Shown here: positions 8,196 to 17,027 of the stretch, in pieces
Position numbering within the stretch: position 1 is the first letter of the stretch
How the letters are laid out: each line of letters opens with the position of its first letter
Virus record (IMG/VR): IMGVR_UViG_3300045988_002593
Span: 1-43,922 of that record
DNA length: 43,922 bases
Reading direction: 5' to 3' (one strand)
Source of the DNA: a virus
Lineage: Duplodnaviria; Heunggongvirae; Uroviricota; Caudoviricetes
Position numbers and translations under genes: made by a program
Notes under the pieces: generated by a model
What the model was told of the DNA's origin: nothing
What the model saw: only the letters and a program-made list of their open reading frames with translations
Databases searched by the model: none

Positions 8196-8304
8196 CGACG
8201 CTGACGAGGATTTAGCTATCGACGTTCAGAACGCTGAATGCGTACGGCAGCTGCGGCTGAAAGTGTTCATGTTGCAGGATTACGTGAGGAATATTCTGGA
8301 ATAG
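8041..8304 (+). CDS. Putative o-spanin (Rz1-like lipoprotein), overlapping the i-spanin gene
   Basis: Signal peptide with lipobox LSAC, Pro-rich mature region, starts inside the i-spanin ORF in a different frame. Confidence 0.5.
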   Translation: MKSLSTLKLLVAACALSTLSACSSSPAPSQTPIPSPDTTMMQPPCKLAPPSSDADEDLAIDVQNAECVRQLRLKVFMLQDYVRNILE

Positions 8305-8386
8305 TTGCCTTGCATGTTGGAATAATTTATTCTTGACATGTAAATCCGGGTGGCCCGGGTTCCAACGTCCAGGGGACATACTGACT

Positions 8387-9091
8387 ATGAATCGTTTTTT
8401 ACGTTATCCGTTCCAGGAAGAAGCTGGGGCAGAAGATAAAGCTGGTGGCGGTGACGCGCCGAAAATGTTCACCGCTGAAGAAGTTCAGGCGCTGATTGAG
8501 AAAGAAGTTGCCGGGCTTAAGGCTAATCAGGAAGCATTGTTGGCGGAGAAGAAAGAAGCCGCTCGCAAAGCAAAAGAGGCCGAAGAAGAACGGCAGCGCG
8601 CGCACCAGGAGGCGTTAAAAGCCGCTGGTAAGATGGATGAGTTCGAAAAGACGATTCGTAGCCAGTATGACCCGGTGTTAGCCGAGAAAGACGGTCGCAT
8701 CTCCAGAATGGCAGAGCGTATCCTCGGCAGCGAACGTAAAGCGGTGCTAGGCTCTTTCGCGGGTGACTTTATTACCCCAGAAGCAGTGGACATTCTTGCG
8801 CCGTTCGTTAAGACTGAGTTCGAAGGCGATGATGTGGTTACTAAGTTTGTTGGCGCAGACGGCAACGTAATCACGACTGACCCGGAACAGTTCCGCAAAT
8901 ACTTGCGAGAACACAAAGCGTTTTCACATTTGATTAAAGCAAATGCAGCTTCCGGCGGCGGGGCTTCCGGTAGCAAAGGCGGCGGGGCCGCACCAGCGTT
9001 TAAAGACATGAGTGAAGCGGAGCGTATCGCTCTGTACGAATCGAACCCTGCCGAATTTGAACGGCAACTTAAAGCCCTGAGGAAAAAATAA
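8387..9091 (+). CDS. Scaffolding protein
   Basis: Directly upstream of the major capsid gene; charged E/K/A-rich helical sequence; start set at ATG 8387 with a GGGGA RBS. Confidence 0.6.
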   Translation: MNRFLRYPFQEEAGAEDKAGGGDAPKMFTAEEVQALIEKEVAGLKANQEALLAEKKEAARKAKEAEEERQRAHQEALKAAGKMDEFEKTIRSQYDPVLAEKDGRISRMAERILGSERKAVLGSFAGDFITPEAVDILAPFVKTEFEGDDVVTKFVGADGNVITTDPEQFRKYLREHKAFSHLIKANAASGGGASGSKGGGAAPAFKDMSEAERIALYESNPAEFERQLKALRKK

Positions 9092-10140
9092 TGGCAATTA
9101 CTACTATCGGCGACATCGTAACTGGTAAAGAATCGGTAATCCTGTCCTACATGACAGAGGACCCGGTAGAGAAAACCGCGTTCTTCCAGTCCGGTATCCT
9201 TACCTCGACTCCGTATGCCGCCGCTATCGCAAACGGCCCGTCCAACAAAGCGGTCCTGCCGTACTGGAAAGCTATTGATACCTCTATCGAGCCGAACTAC
9301 TCGAACGACGTATATCAGGACGTCGCCACCCCGCGTAACGTGCAAACCGGTGAGATGGATGTTCGCGTAGCTTACCTGAACGAAGGTTTTGGTCAGGCTG
9401 ACCTGACGGTAGAACTGACCAGCCAGAATCCGCTGCAATCCGTGGCTTCCCGTCTGGATAACTTCTGGCAGCGTCAGGCACAACGCTGTCTTATTGCTAC
9501 CGCGCTCGGTCTGTACAATGATAACGTAGCGGCTACCGATGCGTACCACGAGCAGAACGACATGGTTATTGACGTGTCCGCTACTCTGGGCTTCGACTCC
9601 GGCGCGTTCATCGATGCTACCCAGACTATGGGCGATGCGCTGATGGGTAACGGTGGTGAAGTGCTTGGCGCTATCGCGATGCATAGCTTCGTTTATGCGC
9701 AGGCACGTAAGCAGCAGCTTATCGACTTCATCCGTGACGCGGACAACAACACCATGTTCGCCACCTACCAGGGCTACCGCGTGATTGTTGACGACAGCAT
9801 GACCGTAGTCGGCACTGGCCCGACCCGTAAGTTCATCTCCATCATCTTCGGCAACGGCGCTATCGGTTACGGTGAAGGTTCTCCGTCCAACCCGCTGGAA
9901 TACGAGCGCGAAGCGTCCCGCGGCAACGGCGGCGGCGTTGAAACCCTGTGGACCCGTAAGACCTGGTTGCTACATCCGTTTGGTTACAGCTTCACCAGTG
10001 CAGTAATCACTGGCAACGGCACCGAGACTACCCCGCGCTCTGCTTCCTGGCAGGACCTGGCGAACGCCTCCAACTGGAACCGTGTGGTTGACCGCAAGCA
10101 CGTACCGATTGCCTTCCTGGTAACTGGTGTCGGTGCTTAA
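9091..10140 (+). CDS. Major capsid protein
   Basis: 349-aa ORF following the scaffold, followed by a strong terminator. Confidence 0.7.
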   Translation: MAITTIGDIVTGKESVILSYMTEDPVEKTAFFQSGILTSTPYAAAIANGPSNKAVLPYWKAIDTSIEPNYSNDVYQDVATPRNVQTGEMDVRVAYLNEGFGQADLTVELTSQNPLQSVASRLDNFWQRQAQRCLIATALGLYNDNVAATDAYHEQNDMVIDVSATLGFDSGAFIDATQTMGDALMGNGGEVLGAIAMHSFVYAQARKQQLIDFIRDADNNTMFATYQGYRVIVDDSMTVVGTGPTRKFISIIFGNGAIGYGEGSPSNPLEYEREASRGNGGGVETLWTRKTWLLHPFGYSFTSAVITGNGTETTPRSASWQDLANASNWNRVVDRKHVPIAFLVTGVGA

Positions 10141-10155
10141 GGTTAAGCTATAATC

Positions 10156-10184
10156 GAGAGGGACTTCGGTCCCTCTTTTCATTT
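10156..10184 (+). terminator. Intrinsic terminator after the capsid gene
   Basis: GAGAGGGAC/GTCCCTCTT stem with TTCG tetraloop, then a T-tract. Confidence 0.65.
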
Positions 10185-10199
10185 ACTAAGAGGTAAATT

Positions 10200-10499
10200 A
10201 TGGTCAAGACCGGAAAAGGCTTGCCGCGCAGCCTTCAGAATGTCGATTTCGGCGACTTTGATATCCCAGTCACGCCTGCTACTACCAGCGTAGTTGGTGG
10301 GGTTAAAAAGTCAGCTACTGTGGCTGCACCTGCGGCCATTACCGCCGCCGCCGGGGTGCAGTCCGCCGCGGCACCGACTAAGGAAGAGTTCGACGCCCTT
10401 GTAGCGGAGTACAACAAACTCCGAACCGATGTTACCGCGCTGCGCACTACCGTAGCAAATCTGTTGACTGCGCTTAAAAACGCAGGAACCGTAAGCTAA
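10200..10499 (+). CDS. Hypothetical structural protein (Ala-rich, C-terminal coiled coil)
   Basis: ORF with RBS AAGAGG; between the capsid and head-tail genes. Confidence 0.5.
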   Translation: MVKTGKGLPRSLQNVDFGDFDIPVTPATTSVVGGVKKSATVAAPAAITAAAGVQSAAAPTKEEFDALVAEYNKLRTDVTALRTTVANLLTALKNAGTVS

Positions 10500-10511
10500 A
10501 GGAGCTTAAAA

Positions 10512-10862
10512 ATGGTTGATGTAATCAAACGTCGTATTACCGGTGTTTCTGATGATTCTCCTGCCGATGGTCAGGTTGAAATCGATATGGCGAATATCTC
10601 GCCAGCGTCTTTTTCTGCCGCGCTTGCGGCTACCACCGCAGTTACGGTGGGGCAGACTATGACTCTTACCGTAGTGGTAACTGGCGGTCTGGAGCCGTAT
10701 TCCTACCAGTGGTACAAAGATAACAACGCCATCGACGGAGCCACCGCAGCTACCTATGCGAAGGCGTCCACTACTACCGCAGATTCAGGCACGTATAAAG
10801 TGGTTGTTCACGATGTGTATGGTAATATTATCTCCAGCAGCACCGTAGCAACTGTGTCTTAA
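10512..10862 (+). CDS. Ig-like domain protein (possible decoration protein)
   Basis: Motif YSYQWYKDNNAI...DSGTYKVVVHDVYGN resembles an Ig-like fold; paralogous to 6739-7200. Confidence 0.5.
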   Translation: MVDVIKRRITGVSDDSPADGQVEIDMANISPASFSAALAATTAVTVGQTMTLTVVVTGGLEPYSYQWYKDNNAIDGATAATYAKASTTTADSGTYKVVVHDVYGNIISSSTVATVS

Positions 10863-10898
10863 TACAACGGCCCTTCGGGGCCGTAATAAGGAAAGGTC

Positions 10899-11078
10899 AT
10901 GGCAGATAATTACGTAATCCGCGAAAAGTATACCCACGTTGATATCGTTGACGGACAGGTGATGCCTGTTCGCGGTGTGGTAGAAGCGGATGAACTGGTT
11001 GCAACCCAACCAGACAATGAAGAAGCGCACAACAACGGCGGTGGTACTAAGCGTCGTCGCCGTAAGTCAGAGGAATAA
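10899..11078 (+). CDS. Hypothetical small protein (59 aa) with basic C-terminus
   Basis: ATG with RBS AAGGAAAGG; ends 3 nt before the next gene; below the ORF-track cut-off. Confidence 0.4.
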   Translation: MADNYVIREKYTHVDIVDGQVMPVRGVVEADELVATQPDNEEAHNNGGGTKRRRRKSEE

Positions 11079-11081
11079 TTT

Positions 11082-11594
11082 ATGCCGCTAATCGTGGAAA
11101 CTGGGGTGATCGTCCCAAATGCCGACAGTTACATTAGTCTGGCTGACGCCCGCGCGTTAGCGGCTAATTATGGCCTTGAGCTGCCGGAAGACGATACCGC
11201 AGCAGAGGTGGCCTTACGCAACGGTGCTACTTATGTAGGGCTTGCAGAACCGCAGATGTGCGGTCGTCGAGTATCCGCCGAACAGTCTCTTGCATACCCC
11301 CGCACCGGCGTTACGTTAAACGGGTTCCCGGTGGTCAACAACGCCATTCCGAAACAGGTGATTCTTGCGCAGGTAATCGCTGCCGCTACATATGGCGAGG
11401 GCACCGAAGTCCGGGCTAACTCAGACGGTCGCGCCGTGCAGACTGAGCGTGTCGAGGGTGCGGTAACAGTGACCTACTTCAACAATGGCAACAGTGGCGC
11501 TACGACCGCGATTACCGCTGCTGACGACGCTTTACGCCCGTTATTGTGTGGCGGTCTTAACAATGGTTTCTCGTTTAACGTGTACCGGGGTTAA
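11082..11594 (+). CDS. Putative head-tail connector / adaptor protein
   Basis: Position between the capsid and tail genes; 170 aa. Confidence 0.45.
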   Translation: MPLIVETGVIVPNADSYISLADARALAANYGLELPEDDTAAEVALRNGATYVGLAEPQMCGRRVSAEQSLAYPRTGVTLNGFPVVNNAIPKQVILAQVIAAATYGEGTEVRANSDGRAVQTERVEGAVTVTYFNNGNSGATTAITAADDALRPLLCGGLNNGFSFNVYRG

Positions 11595-11596
11595 AA

Positions 11597-11722
11597 ATGG
11601 CGAAGACTAAATCAGAGATATTCACGCTAATCGGTTCCGAGCTACCGGACAACACGACCGGACAACACGACCGGACTTATTACGCCTGCGAAGTTGCGCG
11701 GGGTATTAACCCAGATGGCTGA
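11597..11722 (+). pseudogene. 5' fragment of a structural gene split by a 13-bp tandem duplication
   Basis: ATG at 11597 with RBS; frame ends at 11722; deleting one 13-bp repeat unit fuses it in frame with 11694-12224. Confidence 0.4.
11645..11676 (+). repeat. Tandem direct repeat CCGGACAACACGA, about 2.5 copies
   Basis: Two full 13-bp units (11645-11657, 11658-11670) plus a partial third; the unit is not a multiple of 3. Confidence 0.9.
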
Positions 11723-12224
11723 CTCACCTATTTACGCCACTCCGGGTGTTAAAGAGGTTGAAGTTCTCCGCGCTGCGTCGACAGTAGCGCAAGCGCCTAC
11801 CGCAGTAGATACGGCGTTGCAGGTATCGTTCGGCTCTGCTCAGGGTAGTGCATCTGACCCGGTAATGATTAATGCTGCGGGGCTGGTTACATTCAACACC
11901 GCGGGTAACTATGCCGTTCGCATCAAGTTACAGGCCGGTCGCTCCGGCGCTAGCGGAACGTCTATCCTGTTGTCGCGTATCCTCATTAACGGCGCTCAGT
12001 ACGGCTCACCAGCAGCTACGAAACTTGTTAGCTCGGAAACCACCATCCCTATTGAATCCCGTGTAGTGATTAACCCAACCGCCGGGCAAACATTCGCCGT
12101 TCAGATTATGCGAGATAGCGCCGGGACTAACTTCGGAGGCGTATACCCGCAGGTGGCTACTGTAACTGCATGGGGCACGGCACCGTCCGCGCTACTGGTT
12201 ATTTCGAGACTGGAGGCTGCCTGA
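11694..12224 (+). CDS. Putative head-tail joining / neck protein (downstream part of the split gene)
   Basis: ORF track; reading frame opens at 11631; an internal ATG at 11715 could reinitiate. Confidence 0.45.
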   Translation: MRGVLTQMADSPIYATPGVKEVEVLRAASTVAQAPTAVDTALQVSFGSAQGSASDPVMINAAGLVTFNTAGNYAVRIKLQAGRSGASGTSILLSRILINGAQYGSPAATKLVSSETTIPIESRVVINPTAGQTFAVQIMRDSAGTNFGGVYPQVATVTAWGTAPSALLVISRLEAA

Positions 12225-12583
12225 TGAGCACTGCTTTCAGTAAACGTATGCAAGGCGTGGGTACACGCCTGTTAACCAAATTCGGTAGCACGGTATCTCT
12301 GATTCGCGCTGGCTCGAAAGTGTGGGATGAAGTTCTCGGTGAGTACGTCTGGTCTGCGGATGAAGTGTTGCCGTTGAAGGCCGTTCCGGTTCCTGTTAAT
12401 GCGGGTCTGGTGAACGGTACGACGATTCAGGCTGGTGACATGATTGTTAAAGCCGATTACAGCGTCGTTCCTAAGATGGAAGACAAAGTGCAATTCGGCG
12501 GCGAGCAATGGTCCGTCGTAGCCATTGAGAAGAAGGTGGTTAACGATGATGTTGTGGCCTACTTTATTCAGGTGAGAAAATGA
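12224..12583 (+). CDS. Putative head closure / neck protein
   Basis: ATG overlaps the upstream stop (TGATG); within the head-tail joining cluster. Confidence 0.45.
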   Translation: MSTAFSKRMQGVGTRLLTKFGSTVSLIRAGSKVWDEVLGEYVWSADEVLPLKAVPVPVNAGLVNGTTIQAGDMIVKADYSVVPKMEDKVQFGGEQWSVVAIEKKVVNDDVVAYFIQVRK

Positions 12584-12975
12584 GTTTCGCGCTGGACGTC
12601 TCTAAGTTCGTGGAAAAGGCGAAGAAGAACCCTGAGAAGGTGATGCGTCAGGTGTCTATCAAGCTGTTTTCCGCTATTATAAAGGCGAGTCCGGTAGATA
12701 CTGGTCGGTTTCGCATGAACTGGATGGCATCTGGCGGTACTCCTGCTTCCGGGATTACGGATGCTACGGATAAATCAGGAAACACAGCAACCGGAAACGC
12801 TACAAGTTTCGTGCTGAAAGCCACCGACTGGCATGAGTTCACGCTGACAAATAACCTGCCGTATGCACAACGGCTGGAGTATGGCTGGTCGCAACAGGCC
12901 CCGCAAGGATTCGTCAGGACTAACGTGTCCCGCTTCCAGCAACTCATTAACGAAGAAGCTAGCAAGGTGAGATGA
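12580..12975 (+). CDS. Putative tail completion protein
   Basis: ORF track; overlapping start/stop; gene order. Confidence 0.45.
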   Translation: MSFALDVSKFVEKAKKNPEKVMRQVSIKLFSAIIKASPVDTGRFRMNWMASGGTPASGITDATDKSGNTATGNATSFVLKATDWHEFTLTNNLPYAQRLEYGWSQQAPQGFVRTNVSRFQQLINEEASKVR

Positions 12976-13388
12976 TGGGCTACTTTGAGGACTTAACAAA
13001 AGCGTTTGATGTGCCGCTGGTAGCCTTCGGAACCACCAACGGCATCAAGGTAGCGCTTGAAAACATCGACGCGCCGACGTCAACAGATACGCCGTATCTG
13101 GCAAGTTACATGTTGCTGGCGGATACCGAGCAGGCTGACTTATTCTTCACGGAACAACGCGCCGGTGTCTATCAGATAGACATTAACTACGCATCGGTGA
13201 AAGGTAGCGCGCCAATCAATAAAATGGCAGACTTACTTAACACGGCGTTTAAATCAGGTAAGGCATTTTCGCGTAACGACATCTGCGCCGAGGTTCAATC
13301 GGTTAGCCTGGGGCCGCTGATTGTAGAAAACGGATGGGCCAAACGACCATTGTCAATTAACTTTATTGCATTCACCAAGAGGCTGTGA
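12972..13388 (+). CDS. Putative tail terminator protein
   Basis: ORF track; immediately upstream of the putative major tail gene. Confidence 0.4.
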   Translation: MMGYFEDLTKAFDVPLVAFGTTNGIKVALENIDAPTSTDTPYLASYMLLADTEQADLFFTEQRAGVYQIDINYASVKGSAPINKMADLLNTAFKSGKAFSRNDICAEVQSVSLGPLIVENGWAKRPLSINFIAFTKRL

Positions 13389-13390
13389 AT

Positions 13391-14557
13391 ATGGCTACAA
13401 CTCCTTTTAAGGGCGCGAATACCGCGCAATTCTATGTGGCGGAAACTACCCCGGGCGTAACACCGGCTAACCCTGTCTGGTCGCCGTTGCGTAACACTGG
13501 CGGTGTTCCTGCCGTAACCCGCGATGCGCTGACTTCCAACGAACTAGACGGCAGCCGTGAAACTACATCCATCCGGACCGGTAACAAACAGGTTAGCGGG
13601 GAGTACGCCATCGAACTTAGCTCTCGTAGCCAGGATGATTTCCTTGCGGGAGCGATGACTTCTACGTGGCAAGCTGGGGTAGAGATTACTGGCGCCGAAA
13701 TTACGGTCGCCCCAGCAGGTAAAACATTCACCCGCGCTGCCGGTAGCTTCATTACTGACGGTGTAGAAGTTGGCGACCTTATTGCGTTCACCGACTTAAC
13801 CGGCGACAACGCAAAACCGTTTATCGTGACCGCGGTTTCCGCTCTGGTAGTTACGGGCGCAGGTATTCAGCACACGCTGACAGCAGAGACAGTAACCACT
13901 GACGCAAAAACTGGCGACAAGCTGGAAACCGGTAACGCGTGTAAGACGTTCTCCATCCTGACGTGGTTCAAGGGCCAGTGTGGTAACCCGGACGCGTACA
14001 TGCTGACCAAAGGTGTGGAAATCTCTGGCTTTACCGTAGAGCAGGCGGTTAACGCCATGGTCACCGGCAGCTTCCCGTTCATCGGCCTGAGTCAGGAGAT
14101 TCTTACCGCGCCGCCGTCTGGCTCTGATTTCTCTCAGGTTACGTTCACCGATGAGCCGTTCTCGTCGGTAGATGTGTCGGTGTTCGATGGCTCCACGCCG
14201 TTGCGTTGCGATACTCTCACCATCACCAACGACAACGGAGCTTCCGCGCAGTTCGAACTCGGTAACAGTAGCGTGGCGTTCGTCGAACGTGGACGCGCAG
14301 CTAACACATTCTCTATCTCTGGCAAGCTGTACGACATGGCGATGATTCAGAAGTTTATCAACGAGCAGCAGGTAGAGATTAACTCTATTCTGGCAGGGGT
14401 AAACGGGGCTATGTCTTTCAGTTTGAAACGTGCAGAGCTTACGGCGGTTACACCTGAGATTGGTGGGCCTGAGTCAATCACTCAGTCCATTGAAGGCCAG
14501 GCTACCGGCAATCAGTACCAGTCGTCTATCGTAATTCAACGTATCACCTACGCATAA
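13391..14557 (+). CDS. Putative major tail (tube) protein
   Basis: Largest ORF between the neck genes and the tail chaperones; followed by a strong terminator; start at ATG 13391 with an AGAGG RBS. Confidence 0.5.
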   Translation: MATTPFKGANTAQFYVAETTPGVTPANPVWSPLRNTGGVPAVTRDALTSNELDGSRETTSIRTGNKQVSGEYAIELSSRSQDDFLAGAMTSTWQAGVEITGAEITVAPAGKTFTRAAGSFITDGVEVGDLIAFTDLTGDNAKPFIVTAVSALVVTGAGIQHTLTAETVTTDAKTGDKLETGNACKTFSILTWFKGQCGNPDAYMLTKGVEISGFTVEQAVNAMVTGSFPFIGLSQEILTAPPSGSDFSQVTFTDEPFSSVDVSVFDGSTPLRCDTLTITNDNGASAQFELGNSSVAFVERGRAANTFSISGKLYDMAMIQKFINEQQVEINSILAGVNGAMSFSLKRAELTAVTPEIGGPESITQSIEGQATGNQYQSSIVIQRITYA

Positions 14558-14561
14558 AACT

Positions 14562-14585
14562 AAGGCCCCTTTCGGGGCCTTTTTC
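14562..14585. terminator. Bidirectional intrinsic terminator
   Basis: AAGGCCCC/GGGGCCTT stem with TTTC loop, T-tracts on both strands; separates convergent tail and cassette transcripts. Confidence 0.65.
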
Positions 14586-15140
14586 TTACAAACCTAATTT
14601 TAAAGCAATGTCTATAACGTTCGATTTAACGTCACCCGGTATGATGTAGGTGTCGTAATCTTTTACACCACTAACATCGTACAGATAGCCACGGCTATCG
14701 CAGATGAACGTATAGCCGTCACGATGGAGGCGGACGATTCGCACGTCATGCCCCGCGGCGACGATAGGGGCAACTTCACTGGCGAATCCACCATCGGACA
14801 CTACAAAAACTTCGTCGCCGTCAGGCAAGTTTTCAGCAAGATACTTACCGAAATAATCATCGCCGAATACCGGTTTAATGAATTGCTCAGAAATGGCAAT
14901 CATTAACCGGCGGCGGGACAACCCATTAAGAAAACCCTCGGGTTTTTCTTTCCGCGCCCGGTCGTCGTAGCCGTCGAGAAATTCGTGGTAAGCATCCTGG
15001 CCTAACGCTGCCAAAGCAATATTGAACATTGGATTCTTGAAACTGGTAGTTCCTTTCGCAAAGCCCATTTCTACCAGCGCCATAGCAAGCGTGTCTTTCC
15101 CGCAACCCGCAGGGCCATTAAGAATAATTACCTTAGCCAT
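14586..15140 (-). CDS. P-loop kinase, deoxynucleoside-monophosphate-kinase-like
   Basis: Walker A GPAGCGKDT, an RRRLM motif and a VRIVRLHRDG segment that I recall from T4 gene 1 dNMP kinase (from memory, not searched). Confidence 0.55.
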   Translation of the reverse strand: MAKVIILNGPAGCGKDTLAMALVEMGFAKGTTSFKNPMFNIALAALGQDAYHEFLDGYDDRARKEKPEGFLNGLSRRRLMIAISEQFIKPVFGDDYFGKYLAENLPDGDEVFVVSDGGFASEVAPIVAAGHDVRIVRLHRDGYTFICDSRGYLYDVSGVKDYDTYIIPGDVKSNVIDIALKLGL

Positions 15141-15628
15141 TATTTATCGCTCCCGTGTGGTTTTAAGTGTGTAGAGTTCCCGTTACAGTCGTATTCGGTA
15201 ACTGCGTGTGCGGTTATGCCGAGGTAACGGAAATGCTTTATTACCGCTGGAGAGTCGTCGAACGCACACAAGATTCTTTCCAGTCCGAAAGCACGCAACA
15301 CCTCTTCTTTAATTACGATGTCTTTTCTGTTGTCGTGTTTGCTGCGCATGATTAGCGTGTCAAACCTAACGTTATTCTCTCGTAACCATTCGCGAGTCTC
15401 CTCCTCAGCGTCATCACTTCGCCCGGTAAGGATAATTATAGTAAGTCCGGAATGCCACAGTACGCTACACAAATGGATATTGTCGTATATCGGAGCGTCA
15501 TCTTTGCAGGCCATGTTAAATGGCTTCCACGCCCACGTTTCTCCGTAGTTATCTTTTGGTAACAGGTGTAAGCGATGGGTACCGTCGGCCAATGTCCCGT
15601 CTAAATCGAAAATTACAATATCTTTCAT
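15140..15628 (-). CDS. HAD-superfamily phosphatase
   Basis: HAD motifs FDLDGTL, ILTGR, RKDIVIKEE and FDDS; as I recall, resembles polynucleotide 3'-phosphatase or nucleotidase-type small HADs. Confidence 0.6.
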   Translation of the reverse strand: MKDIVIFDLDGTLADGTHRLHLLPKDNYGETWAWKPFNMACKDDAPIYDNIHLCSVLWHSGLTIIILTGRSDDAEEETREWLRENNVRFDTLIMRSKHDNRKDIVIKEEVLRAFGLERILCAFDDSPAVIKHFRYLGITAHAVTEYDCNGNSTHLKPHGSDK

Positions 15629-16755
15629 CCCAGCATCTCCGGTGAAATAGTTAAACGTGCGACCTCGCCATATTCGGCGCTATAAGTAATTACATTTGCA
15701 CTGCGGCCCGACATCCATCCGCCGCGAGAGGCGTAGGCGTCTTTAGCCGCTAAGGTGCGGTGTTGCTCAACAATCATGTTACGGCTTTCTACAATCTTCT
15801 GGTGGTGCAGATGGCCTACGTGGGCGTAGCTGTAAACACTCTCGCCGAACGCTTTACGGAACTTGGCAATCATAACCGGTTCGATAGCGTCGAATCGTGC
15901 TTTATGCCCGTGATGGAAGAACAGCGTCGTTTTGCCGTGTTGCACCATCTTGTAAACATCCGGCGACGTATCGACGAACACGCGCGGCTCATTGTCGTAC
16001 AGCGTACTGAACATCTCAGCCAACCAAATCATACCCGATTCGTCGTGATTCCCTTGCACGATAAGCAAGCGAACATTTTTATGCTTAACCAACGCCATAT
16101 CAACGACACGGCGGACCATACGAATCATGTAACGGACCAGTTTCTGATAGCGCGTGTCAGCGTCAAGGACATGACCGCTTGCGGGCGTAACGGCATCAAG
16201 ACTATCGAAGTGTGCGAAGTCCCCAAGCAGGTTAATAACCCCAGTACCGGCATCCGGTGCTTTCTGGAATGCTGCATCGAACCAACGAGAGAACAGGTCT
16301 TCCGCAATCTTCATGTCCCAGTCGTCGCCGCTCTCGTCGGCCCAGGCCAGCATACCGAGATGGAAATCGGATACAGTGTAAAGATTGAGCAGCTTATCGT
16401 CCCGTTTGGCACGAACGGCTTTAACAGGTGCAACGGGCGTAATCTCCGATTTCATGCCTTCGATCACGGCTTTCATCAATTCAACCTGACGTTCGGCGTC
16501 AGTGTCGGTCTTAACCCATTGCAACTTAGTGTTGCCGAACTCATCCACCAGTGACGACGTTCCTTTAATCTTATAGCCGTCCGGGACAAGGTGGCTAACA
16601 TCACGTCCGTGACCTACACCTTTCTTAGCCAGCTTCGCTTTACGGATACGAATTACGCGGTCTGAGATGCCGTATTTACGGGCGATGTCTACATTCTTCA
16701 TTCCGGCGTTCAATTCTTCCTGTAACTGTTCGTCGGTTATTTTCTTCCAGGCCAT
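15625..16755 (-). CDS. Calcineurin-like metallophosphoesterase with N-terminal HTH extension
   Basis: Motifs SDFHLG, GDFAHFD, GNHDE, HHGH and GHLHH in canonical order, SbcD/Mre11-like; N-terminal ~45 aa look like an HTH. Confidence 0.6.
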   Translation of the reverse strand: MAWKKITDEQLQEELNAGMKNVDIARKYGISDRVIRIRKAKLAKKGVGHGRDVSHLVPDGYKIKGTSSLVDEFGNTKLQWVKTDTDAERQVELMKAVIEGMKSEITPVAPVKAVRAKRDDKLLNLYTVSDFHLGMLAWADESGDDWDMKIAEDLFSRWFDAAFQKAPDAGTGVINLLGDFAHFDSLDAVTPASGHVLDADTRYQKLVRYMIRMVRRVVDMALVKHKNVRLLIVQGNHDESGMIWLAEMFSTLYDNEPRVFVDTSPDVYKMVQHGKTTLFFHHGHKARFDAIEPVMIAKFRKAFGESVYSYAHVGHLHHQKIVESRNMIVEQHRTLAAKDAYASRGGWMSGRSANVITYSAEYGEVARLTISPEMLG

Positions 16756-16793
16756 GCTTACTTCCTCGTGTTTAGGATTTGTCTTATAGTAGC

Positions 16794-16985
16794 CTACTTC
16801 TCTTTCACGTTCGAGTTACAAGCCCAGATTAAAATGAATACCCACGGCAACAGAACCCACCCGAGAAATAAGTTAGCCATGAATATCGCTAGCTTTGCTT
16901 TATGGTTTCGCATATGGGCCACAAAAAACGGGATAAAATAAACGCCTACAACAATAATTAAAAAGAACATAGCGATACCGGTCAT
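16794..16985 (-). CDS. Small membrane protein (63 aa)
   Basis: Two hydrophobic helices; start moved to the ATG at 16985 with an AGGAG RBS 7 nt upstream; first gene after the cassette promoter. Confidence 0.5.
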   Translation of the reverse strand: MTGIAMFFLIIVVGVYFIPFFVAHMRNHKAKLAIFMANLFLGWVLLPWVFILIWACNSNVKEK

Positions 16986-17027
16986 AACATAACTCCTGAT
17001 TTGAGATAACATCGTTGGTGTAAGTGA

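Noticed and set aside
8527-9684. 385-aa minus-strand ORF in the six-frame track
   Set aside because: It lies entirely antisense to the scaffold and major capsid genes, has low-complexity Ser/Arg/Ala-rich composition, and no promoter or RBS context; read as a shadow ORF of GC-rich coding sequence.
10867-10890. Hairpin CGGCCC-TTCG-GGGCCG after the Ig-like gene as an intrinsic terminator
   Set aside because: The stem is followed by TAATAAGG rather than a U-tract, so it is more likely an RNA-stabilising or processing hairpin; not called as a terminator.
11645-11676. Possible CRISPR array or satellite at the 13-bp tandem repeat
   Set aside because: Only about 2.5 contiguous copies with no spacers and no cas genes; it is a simple tandem duplication inside a coding region, reported separately as a frame-disrupting repeat.
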